Part shown: positions 24,318 to 35,937 of the stretch, in pieces
Layout of the letters: every line of letters begins with the position of its first letter
Numbering within the stretch: position 1 is the stretch's first letter
NCBI GenBank assembly: GCA_021432655.1
Contig: MU271508.1
Span: 1 to 51,673 of the forward strand
Direction of reading: 5' to 3'
Source of the DNA: Atractiella rhizophila
Taxonomy: Eukaryota
Length of the DNA stretch: 51,673 nt
Program-made: the position numbers and the translations under genes
Notes under the pieces: model-generated
What the model saw: the letters and a program-made list of their open reading frames with translations, nothing else
Database searches by the model: none
What the model was told of the DNA's origin: nothing

Positions 24318-25751
24318 CTACCCGCTACTTAGCATCAGCTTCTGTCACTCGAATGGACAGAAGACACACCCAATCCCAACCATCGGCCCACTACGACCGT
24401 TGCGCGCAATGTCTTCAGGCATCGCATGACCGTCGTGCTTCCATTTCTTTCCTTGTAGCGCTCCTTGCACTCTGGTGTAGATCTCTTCATCGGTCGAACC
24501 GTTCCTGAGCAACTCGCGAAGCTGAAGAACTGGTGCACCGAACAGACATACCTGTTTGAAGTTCATCACCATTTGTTGTATGTTGCATTGAAAAGGAAAG
24601 AGATAACGTACCTTCAGTCCTCCATCTGCTCCAACCCGAATTCTGTCACAGCCTGCACAGAAGTGTTCCGTCATACTGCTAATAAATCCTATCCTCCCCA
24701 GGCTCCCATCGATACTCCACACTCTAGTGGTAGCGTGCCTCTCCATTGGGAGTTGGGCGAACGAAGGATGGACTGCCTTGATGCGTTCCTGTAAGACAGA
24801 CGAAGGAACCAGTTTCTTTGTAGACCAGCGATTATCCTCGAATGGCATATATTCGATAAACCGCACTTGTATTGGCCTATCCCGCACGAAAGAGACGAAT
24901 TGGAGCACCTCGGCATCATTCAGACCAGCAATGACGACGCAGTTCAGCTTCACTTTGAATCCTACGGCAACAGCTTCGTCTAGACAGGAAAGAACGGCTT
25001 CAAAGCCTGCTCAAGACCATGAATATAGCATTGAAGATATGAGGTGAACACTCGGACACACCTCGACGTCGTGTGATGAGCTCGAATTTGAAGGGATCTA
25101 AAGTGTCCAGCGAAAGATTGATATTGTCCAATCCTGCATCCTTCAGACTCTTCAGCTTCCGTCGTAAGGCAATGCCATTGCTTGTCATGCCTATCGACTC
25201 TAATCCATTGTTCTTCAAGCTGGCGATCCGATCTAGGTTCCTCTTCGGTTACTTCCACAGTGTTGCAGCGAAGAATATGAAAACCCCCACCCACAATCTC
25301 CACAATGTCCCGACGAATAGTTGGTTCACCACCAGTTAAGCGGACCTTTTTCACTCCTTGCTTAACAAAGAGGTCGGCTAGTTTGTACAACTCGTCCGCA
25401 GTCAGAATGTTCTCCTTAGGAAGGAGCTCAACGCCAGTGTCAGGCATGCAATACGTGCCTGGGCCCCGTAAATGTCTTCAGGTCTCTTGCCACAAGTTCC
25501 AGTACTAAACCCTACATCTGAGGTTACATTTCTCAGTCAAGGAAAGCCGCAGGTATGTGTGCTGACGATTGAAGCTGTCTATCAAGTACGGAGACGTCTT
25601 ATCCAGAGATTGAATGCGTGCCTGTTAGGTCAACAGGAATGAGAATTACTCGATGGCTCGACAAAAACATCAAAAGACGAACTCGTGCTATCTCAGCCAC
25701 CGTGGATGCAGATCTACCGAGAGTCGAAGTCACGCTCCTTATGCTTCGCAT
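24318..25751 (-). CDS. MOCS1: GTP 3',8-cyclase (MoaA/MOCS1A), radical SAM enzyme of molybdenum cofactor synthesis
   Basis: ATG 25751. Motifs [27 protein letters not shown] (CxxxCxxC), [27 protein letters not shown] and FCAGCDRIR...KVCLFG. Intron 24369-24325 gives the canonical C-terminus PMVGIGG followed by TAG (24320-24318). Confidence 0.95.
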
Positions 25752-26233
25752 CTTTCCAAACCTTCGTCCACTAGTACTTCAGTCGACACGAATGTTGCAG
25801 AGGCGACCAAAGCTTGAAGCCAGGCTTGAAGCTGTGATATCCCACTTATAAAGCAAGTCGGGGTGATTCGAAGGAGATCGGCGGGCAACCTAAACGGTGT
25901 CAGCGCAAGAGGAACGCACTGGAGAACGTTTAACACCGCGATTTTCGAATTTTCAGGTAGGAATGTCGATGTTTATGTTTTAGCAGGTTTTGGTGGTCGA
26001 GCAGGATGCATACGAAAGTAGGCACGTGTTCTCATCCTCCCAAGATGATTTTTGGAGGAAGAAGGGAGAATCATACATCGGCATGGGATGAAACAGCAAA
26101 GCACAAAATGATACTGTATTGCAACAGAGTTTGGAAGTGAGTGCTCTCGATGAGAGCTGCGATTCGACCATTCACCTTCCTGCATGAGTCCCTCAGGAAA
26201 GCCGACGATGGACTGTTGTAGGATTGAACCCCG

Positions 26234-27685
26234 TCAAAAGATAGCCATAGCATTCGGAGGCGAAGCCTGTTTACAATAAGCATACATGAGAATGAGGTGG
26301 TAAGCAAGCGGAAGAATAGGACGAACCACATTCCCTTCCACTCTCAAAGGAGCACTGGTGAAAAAGAAGCTCCACCGTTCGTTCCTCTCACATGCGGCCG
26401 AGAGAGCGTCCAGATCCCAAAGCTCTCCTATCGGGCATCCAAAGCCTCCCAGCAAGGATTGTCGCATGGATAGGCCTTTTGTGCCTTCGCCAGCTGGATT
26501 AGGCGCTGCGTCACGGGTCAGCATTCTGAAAGGAAAGAGAAGAATCTATTGGGGACTTGGTTAGACACGGGATAACGTACGCACGGCTTCTATGCTCGGA
26601 GAATCTGTTGCTATCGCTGCGATTCGCTGTTCCCACAGAAGCTTTAAGAGTGCCTCTTCTTGCAAGAGTCCGACATAGCGATCAATCACATCAGCTTCGT
26701 GAAAGATGAGATCCTTTTGATTCTGCATTGGCAAATTCTCGTATTCTCCAGCATGTCCTGCCAACCTCTCATCAGCTATGCTCCTTGAAGGGAATGCATA
26801 CCTGTCCTGATAAGCAATATGTCGCCAGGCTCAACTTTCAATTGCTCTTCATCTAGAATGTGCGCTAGGATCTCAGCGTTGATTGAACAAGATGAGAAGG
26901 CGGAGTACCCGTCGACACCAATTTTCTTTATATATCTCGCAAAATCGACAAGTATTCCGCGGCCAACTATCCCGTGTGGTGCTATCTCTGAAACAATTAA
27001 TCCATCAGAAATTTGCCAAGGGCGGATCAAAACGAGGAAGGGAACCTCTCGCTTCTGGCGCCGCTTTGACGGTGGGAGCTGGGGTGGGAGAAGGCGACCG
27101 TTTGTCTTCCAGCGCTTGGGAGAGTGGGCTGGAAGGAGGGGATGCAGGGACCGTAGCGAATGAGACACCGCCCCAGTCTTTAAATGTGTCAAATCTTCTG
27201 CCAGCAATGATCTAGCAGGGAATCATACCCCAATGGCTGGAAGCCTTTGTATCTGTTTTGCGATTGAGCTGTAGAAGAAGATATGAGCTAAAGACGCACC
27301 GATGCGCAAGGCTTCCTCTACTTCTTCACCTCGGTTTTTAATTTCTTGTCTCATTCTCTTCCTGTTACAATAAGGACTGCAATAGATCAGTTCTTCCACG
27401 GTTTCGTGGCGAGTACAAGAAAGCATACTATTTTGGCATATCCAGCTTCCAATCCAAAGACACAGTTTCGCCAGTCTTGATCGTAGCTGCCGCTTGTGCG
27501 ACAACAGCAGGCGATAAGTGGTTCTGTACAATCGATTAGTTGATGCCTCTTTCTACAGAAGAGAAATGGGAATGTCTGACGAGCGTGCCAAATGCCTCGC
27601 ATTCAGCGAATACCCCTCCCGCATAATGGGGAGTCGGAGTTGAAGGTAGCTCTTCAAATGATGGGAAAGGGTCAGGGATGGCCAT
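26234..27685 (-). CDS. Putative cyclase / kynurenine formamidase-like family protein
   Basis: ATG 27685 (MAIPDPFPSFEELP). Motifs IKTGETVSLDW, GIVGRGILVDF, VEPGDILLIRTG, IAAIATDSPSIE, GCPIGELWDLDAL, RWSFFFTSAPL and ASPPNAMAIF*. Confidence 0.85.
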
Positions 27686-27903
27686 GCTGCGACGTGTCCT
27701 CGATATCGATGAGGAGGCTGGGAAGGCTGCAATGTGGCTTTTGTATCTAACGAAGACGCATCCTGGGCTTCGAGCCCAGATTGACGTGCTGCCCGAAGAT
27801 AAAGTTTGGTAAACAGATGAAGCAAGATCGAGTTAAAGGGATGGTCCAAACACGTGCTCATGGCCAAACAGATGTAAAAGAGGGAATAACGAAGCCTACT
27901 GGA

Positions 27904-29045
27904 CTAACGAGTCCATATGGTTCTCATTTCTTCTGAAGAAAAGACATTTTCTTCCAAATAATCAATCACAGCAGCAAAAGATGGAAGATCATTGAAGTAA
28001 GTCCTTTCTGCTTTCGTCTTCAGCCATCTCTTCTCCATCATGAAAGAAAGGTGTCGATGAAAGAGAGGAAACAACAACGAGGTCTCTGTCGAGATTTGCA
28101 CAAAATCAGCTATGACCCTAGCAGGCGTTCCCTGCCGACCCTCTTCGGAGAACAGTGCCGGATTCTCCAAGAGCCCCCTCGCGCTCATCACACCTTTCAC
28201 GCCACAAACATCCCGCAACCTTTGTGCGGTCTCAAGGTCCCAACACTCTCCATTTGCCACCACCGGAACGTTCCATGGATCTGCCAACTCTCTACAGAAG
28301 CGAATAGCATCTAAGTCTGCGGGCTCATTCGAGGACTGTTGGCGCGTCCGACCGTGCACCGTGATGTGGCTGATGGGAGGGAGGTGCAAGAGAGTGTCCA
28401 TAAGCCGAGAGGTGTACGACAGGTCCTTATCGACTCGTATTTTGACTGAGATCGGAAAGTCGTTTCCCACGCGAGCCTGGGTGCTCTTGACTATATCCGC
28501 TATTCGTTCGGGATGTCGAAGAAGGAAAGATCCTATGTGTTCCTTATATGCCCACGATTGGGGACAACCACAATTCAGATCGACGCCTAGATGTATTCCC
28601 TTCGGCCCTTCAGCAGAAAGGCCAGCAAAAAGAAGCGACGGACCATCGCAGTATGGTTTCACTAATTCAGCTGCTGCCGCAAAATCCCCATTGTCTTCTG
28701 CACTTGTAGCGAACTGTACAATCATACATCCCCTCGTTTTTCGCCCATTGATATCGAATATTGCCCGTTCCGAATCTGAAGTGGTAAAATCAGAATCCCT
28801 TGCCTCTTTCGATCGTATGAATTGCTGCGCAAGAATCATCTGGAATGTGCCCTGTCAGTAGTGATATATGTTAGAATGCAAGATGCACGCACAGGGGTAT
28901 GCGTGATATGCACACCGTAACGAGAAATCGTCTTTCGGAAGCTGTGTTTGGAATATCGGACCATTGGCGCAGCGATGTTGACATCGCATCCAGATTGCAA
29001 AATTTCGCGAGGCGACATACGAACTTCATCATAGCTTTCATTCAT
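27904..29045 (-). CDS. DUS4: tRNA-dihydrouridine synthase, Dus4-like
   Basis: IAAPMVRYSK, TPMILA, IVQF, GVDLNCGCPQSWA, SVKIR, ITVHGRT, VVANG and GVMSARGLLENPALF. Two introns. Confidence 0.9.
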
Positions 29046-29095
29046 TGTGCAAGAGATCTACTCAAAACCTAAGTCACGAAGTCAGATCATTGTTT

Positions 29096-29109
29096 AAATC
29101 ACGTGATTT
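29096..29109. promoter_or_regulatory. Palindromic E-box (AAATCACGTGATTT) in the divergent DUS4/golgin promoter
   Basis: A perfect 14-bp palindrome centred on CACGTG lies ~50 bp upstream of the DUS4 ATG. Function is inferred only. Confidence 0.3.
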
Positions 29110-29498
29110 TAAAGATTGTGCGGAACTCCTGCATGTCCCTGCTAAAGACTGAAGTGACGCGCCAAAGGCCAGACCAATTTTTTTTCGTACACGGGCCGCT
29201 TTATATAAGAAATCTGAATCCAAGGCATCATCCCCGATATGAGGACGTGACGCTCTTTGGTTTGCTCAACTGAAACAGTAGAATAAATATCTCACCTTCA
29301 ACAATTGTACCCTTTGTTATCACTCTCTCCCAATTGTAAAGCTTATTCTCCCCAAGTACCTGGACTGTATTTCTATTTCTTCGAGATCGTCGTTCAACTA
29401 CTGTAGGTAAGAGTCATGGTCTGTTGTTCCACGTTACGACCATTTCTTTGCGGTGTTTTGGTGTTTGCTAGGCTTAGGAGGGTAAGAAAGAGATAAGA

Positions 29499-32400
29499 AT
29501 GGATCCTGCGGCAGCTGCAAAGGAGCGAGCGGAAAAGGCAGCGCGGGCGAAAGAGCGGGTTCGTGTTCCTGTTGGTTGTCGCAACCTGCGTGCTCACCGC
29601 CGTGCATTGGCTGGTGTTTTGATTGCAGCTGAAGAAATTTCAAAGCACCAAGGCGGGAAGAGGTGCTTCTCCTGCTCCCGCTTCTGCAAGCAGCAGCAGA
29701 GTTGCTAGTCCGAAGACTGAGGAGGTTGCTAGCCCACCTCTGGATTCTGTTGTTGGTGATCTGGTAGAAGACTCGAAGGTGGCACCTGAGACGTGAGTTT
29801 CTGCTTCGCTGTAAGGGATTGGTAATGGTGATGGGTTGACTGGGTGGCATGCACCTGCTGTCGCCTCAAGTGTAAACTCGCATGTTGCCCGCTGCGAGAT
29901 GATTCCTGAGCAACTTGTCATCATTGACTGTTGGATGAACTCTTAAGCTTGATGCTGATAAACTTGTAAACAGGAAACGCCGGTCGTCAGAAGGTAAACG
30001 CCCGTCTCATCCAACTTCCCCAACTGCTTCCATCGCGTCAAAGCGAGAGTCTCCCGTACCTAAACCCTCCTCTCCTCCGTCCTCTCCTATTCAACGGTCG
30101 TCCTCCGTCCGTTCCAAACGAGGTTCACTTAACGGCTCCTCCTCCCCCCGCGGTCGTGGTACGCGTTCTCCTGCTGGCTCAATCTCGGGCTCTATCACGT
30201 CACCGCCCCTCAATTCAGCAAATATCTCCTCCCCTCCCATTGCGACTGCAAGCTCAGACGCTCAAACTATCTCTCTCCTCATTTCATCCAAGAGCGCTTT
30301 GCAGTCACAGCTTACTGCCTTGCAGACGTCGTATGCACAAGTCTCGGAACAGCTAGAGGGCTTGAAGGAGGAATTGGGTGATGCTAAGGCGCGGAATGAA
30401 GAACTAGAGCCTCTGGCGAAGGCGCTCGAGGAAGTTCGAGAGTCGTTAGCGAAGGCAGAAGAGCGCGCAAATACATTGGAGGTTGAAGGTCAGAAAGAGA
30501 GAGAGAAGGAGAGAAGGGAGAGGAGGGAACTGGAGGGGAGATTGGAGGAAGAGAGAAGGAGGGCGGGTGAGGAGAGGGAAAGAGAGGAGAAGGAGAAGGA
30601 GCGGAGGCATGAGGCGAGACTTGGAGAATTGGAGAGAGAGGTTGGCAGGTTACGCATTGCTGAGAAGGTAAGGCTACCGCTTGCTTGTCTGAATAATAAT
30701 ATTTAAAAGGAGACAGAATGCAGAGGCGCTAAAGACAGAACTCGAAGCAGTGAGAGCAACATTGGAATCGTCGAATTCGGACAATCTGTCTCTGAAGGAG
30801 CAACTCGACAAACTCGCGCTTCTCCCATCTCAGCTTTCGGAATCCGAACGTAAATATGCTTCGCTTCTCGAGTCTAATGTCTCGCTTGAGACAACTCTAA
30901 AGGATTTCCGAAACGAAAAGGCTGCCATGTCGCGGCAACTGGAGGAGCTGGAGAAGGAACTACTCGATTCTAAGGAGGCTGCAGAGCGGGCAACCAAAGA
31001 GAGGGAAAAGGAGGAGAAGAGCCGCTTGGCTGAAGTAAAGAGGAGGGAAGAGCTGCAGAGCGAAAATGGCAAGCTTTTGGAGGGGCTACAAGAGTAAGTT
31101 CTTCTTTGGAGGGTGAGATACAATAATAACGGTGCTGTTGGTGTAGGCTAAGGACAAAGGTGGTTGACACAACGAATGAGAAAGATGAAGCTTGCGGAAC
31201 AAGTTCAAAGCGTGGAAAGTGAGGTCAAGCACTTGCAAGCGGAACAACAGGAGCTGAAGACGTCCCTTCAGACCAAGGAGAAGGAGGTCGCGGACATCGA
31301 AGCGCGGTCTAGCCAAGTACGTTCCCTCCAGTATCTTTATGGCGCATTCTAAGCAATTTGGTCAGAACTGTGCAATCGATATCCTCGGAACTCAGCGAGG
31401 CAAATTCTAAAGCTGCAGCTTTACAGGATGACCTTGCACGCTCTGCTGCTGAAGTTGAGGTGTTACAAAAGTCCCTTACCGCTTCTTCCACCACAATCGA
31501 ATCGTTACGTGTTTCAGAGGCCCAAAATTCCGTTGAGGTGGTTAGACTGAAAGAAGAGATCGAGGAGCTACGTTCGCAAGTTGATTCACTAGGGACAGAC
31601 GTCATCGCTAAGATGGAGGAGGTGGATGTGATTCAAAAGCATGCTTCAGACAAGGAAAGTTCTTACAATTCGCTACGGGCTGAGATGGAGAAGCTACGCG
31701 GCGAGTTAGCGAATAGGGAGGAGGAGGTTCTGTCGTACCAGAACTCTAACAAGGAGAAGAGGGATATGGTTGACCGGGAACACCTCGATTCGATCATTGC
31801 TCAACATAAGGAATATATCGACTCCCTCAACCAGTCCCATGAGATCGATCTCTCAAAAGCTCGGGTGCAGATTAAGAACCTCGAATCTCAGGTCTATCAG
31901 CATCAAGATGAGAATCTCGTCCTGCGCAAACAGATTGGTGGACTAGAGGACGATGTACACTCACTGACAATGTCGGTTACGAACCTCAAGAAGGAACGAA
32001 AGGGACTTGATGTCCCTCATCATCGTTCTCCATCCCCTGGCCTCATCACACAGTCCATGCGGCCAATCTCACCTTCCCCTGCTCCAACTCGCACTCCATC
32101 GCCCTCTTCCACTGGCCTCCCACGCCGTACAGTTTCCGAACGATTGCCTCACCGTCGATCTGCCTCCCATCTCCCGACCCTCAACGAATCTGTTTCTCTT
32201 CACCGCTCACAGTCAGACCCATACTCCCCGATCCCTCCTTCTCCTCTGGATGAAGCGCCACTCACGCCTGCTGTACGTCACGCTCGTCGCGCTTCATTGG
32301 TAGCATTGAAGTCACGGATGGAAGAAGAACTTGGAATTAAGGACTTGACGCCAGCTCCTGCAACTGGTAGAGGTTTGACTTTCAATATTGAAGAAGCCAC

Positions 32401-32554
32401 TCCTCCACCACCGGATAGCGCGATCATGAACGTGTTCCCACCGACACCTACAACGGCTCAAGGATGGGATGGACAGCCAGTGGTCAGGAGAACGAAGATT
32501 GGCGATGATGTGATTTGGTGCAGCAGTTGCAGAGGTGATCTGTTTGTTGTTTAG
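29499..32554 (+). CDS. Long coiled-coil golgin-like protein
   Basis: N-terminus MDPAAAAKERAEKAARAKER|LKKFQ; long E/K/R heptad regions; C-terminus WCSSCRGDLFVV*. Exons join in frame (e.g. intron 29793-29973). Confidence 0.75.
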
Positions 32555-33001
32555 TTGTTCTTTTCGGCTCCCAAGTCCTGCAAAGCATGGACCCTGCTCC
32601 ATTTCTGGATTCGCGAACTCTGCAATGTCGCTGTTGTCTTTACACAGGAGATATTGGCATGAGAATGGCAAGGGTACAGATCATTGCACTGCAACTCGAG
32701 ACTATGTTGGGGAACAACATCTTGTCACTAATTGTTCAGTCAATCGTCGTCATAACATTTTTACGTTTTCGTCTCACAAACAAGCCCAGGGACAATGGAC
32801 AATGTATTAGGATTAGGAGCATTCACAAACAGGAAGCCCCCCGAAAACATGGTGATTTGGCATTAACCAAGGCCACTTTTAGCCACTGTGCAACATAGGA
32901 TGACACTGCGTCGTATCGAAACAGTCTTGGATCCAACAGGAGCAAAGGTCAACGACGAAACGAGGCAGCCGGTATTCACAACAGATTGAACCTTTAAAGC
33001 A

Positions 33002-35373
33002 TCAGAGTCTGACTGTCTTAACGCTTTTATCGACGCCTCTCGCTTCCTTCTCCTTCTGCAGCTCCTTTATAACCTTTCCCCTTTCCTTTCCAAATTGTTC
33101 CTTATTGTGCTTCTTTTCCTCTCTCCTTCCTTTCCTCTCTTCTTTAACAGCTTGCTTCCGCGCTTTCTTCTCCTCTGCCGCCTCGTCCCGTGAACGCGTG
33201 ATGGTTGTGTGCGAAGGGAAAGATGAATCCTCATCATCTGAATGGGGGGACTCCGCATCTTCGACGATGGGTGAGGGGCGTGAGACGAGAGGCATACCAC
33301 GCTTGTCGAGCGTGATACGAACTTCTCCATTTGCGTTGACTGCATTGCGCGCTTTCACCTGCTTCTTCAGACGGAGGATCTTGGGATGGTTTTCAAGATT
33401 CGTTTTTGTAGCTGTTATGATCTCATCAGTGGCCGGGGAACGAAGAATAGATTAAGCGCACTGAGGATACTCTCGACATCCCATTTCTCTTCCTGCGGTC
33501 CAATACCGATAATCGTCATTTCCTGCAGCTTCTCCTGCCATCCATTTCCCGCCATGATCTGTGCAGCACGCTCAAGCACGTCCTTCTTCCCATCTTGATC
33601 GAGTAATAATTCTCTTCGTAATGTACCGAGTTTGTCTAATCCTGTCTCTCCATCCATCATTGTCCGCACATGGGATCCCAACAGCTCGTATTGATTGAGA
33701 AACTCGTCCAACACCTCGTTACGCGGTCCTTCTGGAAAGGAATCATCCTCTTCCTCTAGTTCTGAATCTTCATCCTCGTATTGCTTTTGGATCTACCCAT
33801 GAGTTAGTACAGAAGAAAATGGAAGGAGAAGAGTGTCCAGCGAACCTGCTCAAATCTTTCATCCAAGTCTCTCAAGCCCTCGCTTCGAAATTTGCTCGCC
33901 GCCGACATACCACTCATGGCGGATTCAGCTTTCATCCATTCTTTCTTGCTTCCTCCGTGTGCTCCATAATCAGGCAAGCTACCAAGTTCATCCATCTCCT
34001 CATACTCCTCTATATCGTACTCACTTCCGAATTCCACCTTCTTACTTCCGGTCTTGAATGCTCCGATCTCCTTCTCCCATGCAGTCTCCTCTGGCCTCCC
34101 AAACACTTCTCTCCTCGAAGCATCTTTTTCTTCCCCTCCTTCTAGCAGTTCCCCAAAGAAATCGTCATCGTCGCCTTCATCTTCCTCTCTGACCCCTGCC
34201 TCTTTCTTCTCCTTGGGCAGAGCAACCGTTTCCGTCTTCTCCACATACGCCTCGTCATCTAAAGCCTCTAAGACCTCTCGAAGGTCAAAATCCATATCTG
34301 GATCAAGCCTCTTCTCCCCCTTTTCCGCTTGTTTCTCAAGCCAAGCTCGATATTCCTTCATCCCTCCCAAGTTTTGGGGAGCGATAACATCCTGGGGTAG
34401 AGAATCGATCACTTCTATATCACCCTTAAGTTTCGATGACGCAGCAGAGTCATTCGGTGCGGCGAGAAAAACACCTCCTTTGGACTCGCCTATCGTACGA
34501 AGGTGCTTCGTATAGTCGTAGTAGCGATCATCGAAGTTTATGCCATAGAGGGGTGCCTGACCTGCCTGATGTTGTGCCTTCGAAGCTGACGTCGATGCAA
34601 CCTGTGAAAGTGACCGTGTTAGAGCACGATATGAGAGATGTACATCTGTCTTCAGGAGTAAGGGAATTTCTTCTTTTCAACGATATGTCAACATATCCCC
34701 CTAGAAGTCCTTCTGCCTTCAAAGCAGCACACATCAAACGCTCCGGGAGTTTGGTGCGTATTTTCTCCTCCACATTTCTATTTCTACAGTTCTCGATGAA
34801 GTATAGGCAGTTGGATGGGTTGGTCTCAAAGCGTACACTGCCTGTCATATTCGATAATAACCTTGCAGCAAATCTAGCATGGGTTGCTGACGGCGTGCAG
34901 GTTGCAATAAAATAGCAGCTGAATCAACATGCAACGCAATGTCCATGTTGGAGGCCACCTGAACGTTTGCAATAAAGCAAAACCTCGTTGATACATTTTG
35001 GATCCGCGCCACATTAGCACACTACACCAGTGCAGAAATAGTGACAACAGTAAAATGAACCCCGCACGCTCTCGTTTAAGAATAAGCGTACCTTTTCCTC
35101 CTCCTCATCCTCAATTTCAAACTCCAAGTCATCGAGCTCTCCCTCCTCGCCTTTCTCTAGCTCCTTTCCCCTCTTTTTTCTCTCAATCTCTTCGAAAACT
35201 CTTTCCCCATAGTCTGGATCATTAAGTAATGGATCCCTCTGTGATCGATGGATGAGTTTGTAGTGCCGTGAATTGTCCTTTCGAAACGCAGATTTCGCTT
35301 TTGGTTTGGGATTGATCGTCTTTCCTACTGGCTCGATAAACTCAGTGGTGGTTGGGGCTGGATCCGTCGACAT
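33002..35373 (-). CDS. LTV1: Ltv1 pre-40S ribosome biogenesis factor
   Basis: YKLIHRSQRDPL, LYGINFDDRYYDYTKHLRTIG, DPDMDFDLREVLEALDDEAY, SKFRSEGLRDLDERFE, WDVESILSTKTNLENHPKI and EEKKARKQAVKEERK. Confidence 0.93.
34602..35091 (-). ncRNA. Candidate intron-encoded structured RNA (possible H/ACA snoRNA) in the 490-nt LTV1 intron 1
   Basis: The intron is ~8x the usual length and has multiple stems, an H-box-like ATAGAA (34781-34776) and an ACA at 34649-34647. Coordinates are those of the whole intron; the family is not identified. Confidence 0.35.
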
Positions 35374-35937
35374 TTGAACACTTCTGCGAAGTAACACCCT
35401 CTTCAAACAGCGCTGCAAAATCGTCCAGTCTGTCAGGACGATCGAAAGAAAAGATAAAAAAACAAAGTTCGGAACGAAATAGCAAATGGATCGAAAGGAG
35501 CAAAAAGGTGACGCTTCAGTGGCTTGAACACTGGGCCTTCAGATTGCTAACTGTAACTTCAGTCTGACGCTCTCCCAACTGAGCTAAAGCGTCTGGATAT
35601 TGCATTATCCCCAAATAATATTTATATACTACCGGTACACTGCTTTGCATTGAAAGGTAAGGCTTGCCTCATGGTCATCCTGTCTCACTTTCATGTCCAG
35701 AGCAGTGAGATTCTAGATCAAAAAGTTTCCTGACTGCTTTGAACGCAGCACAGCAGCAAAGATATTTAACTTTCTTCTGGGTCACGGAAGAGGAAACTTG
35801 TGTGACTTGCTGTGTACACTTCCTCACTCCAAAAGAGTTGGGCATCCAAATACGACATCAAAGTATGTCCAAGTGGCAAGAAAGACATTACTTCATTCCA
35901 CAGAATGTGACCAGCTAAACTCACAGATCATCGGGAA

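Noticed and set aside
28112..28861. 249-aa plus-strand ORF and similar antisense ORFs (e.g. 43545-44246, 50219-50800)
   Set aside because: These are shadows of well-supported genes on the opposite strand and contain no motifs.
19952..29045. Metabolic gene cluster (thiolase, CoA carrier, MOCS1, cyclase, DUS4)
   Set aside because: No backbone enzyme, shared pathway or shared promoter motif is evident. It looks like ordinary housekeeping adjacency.
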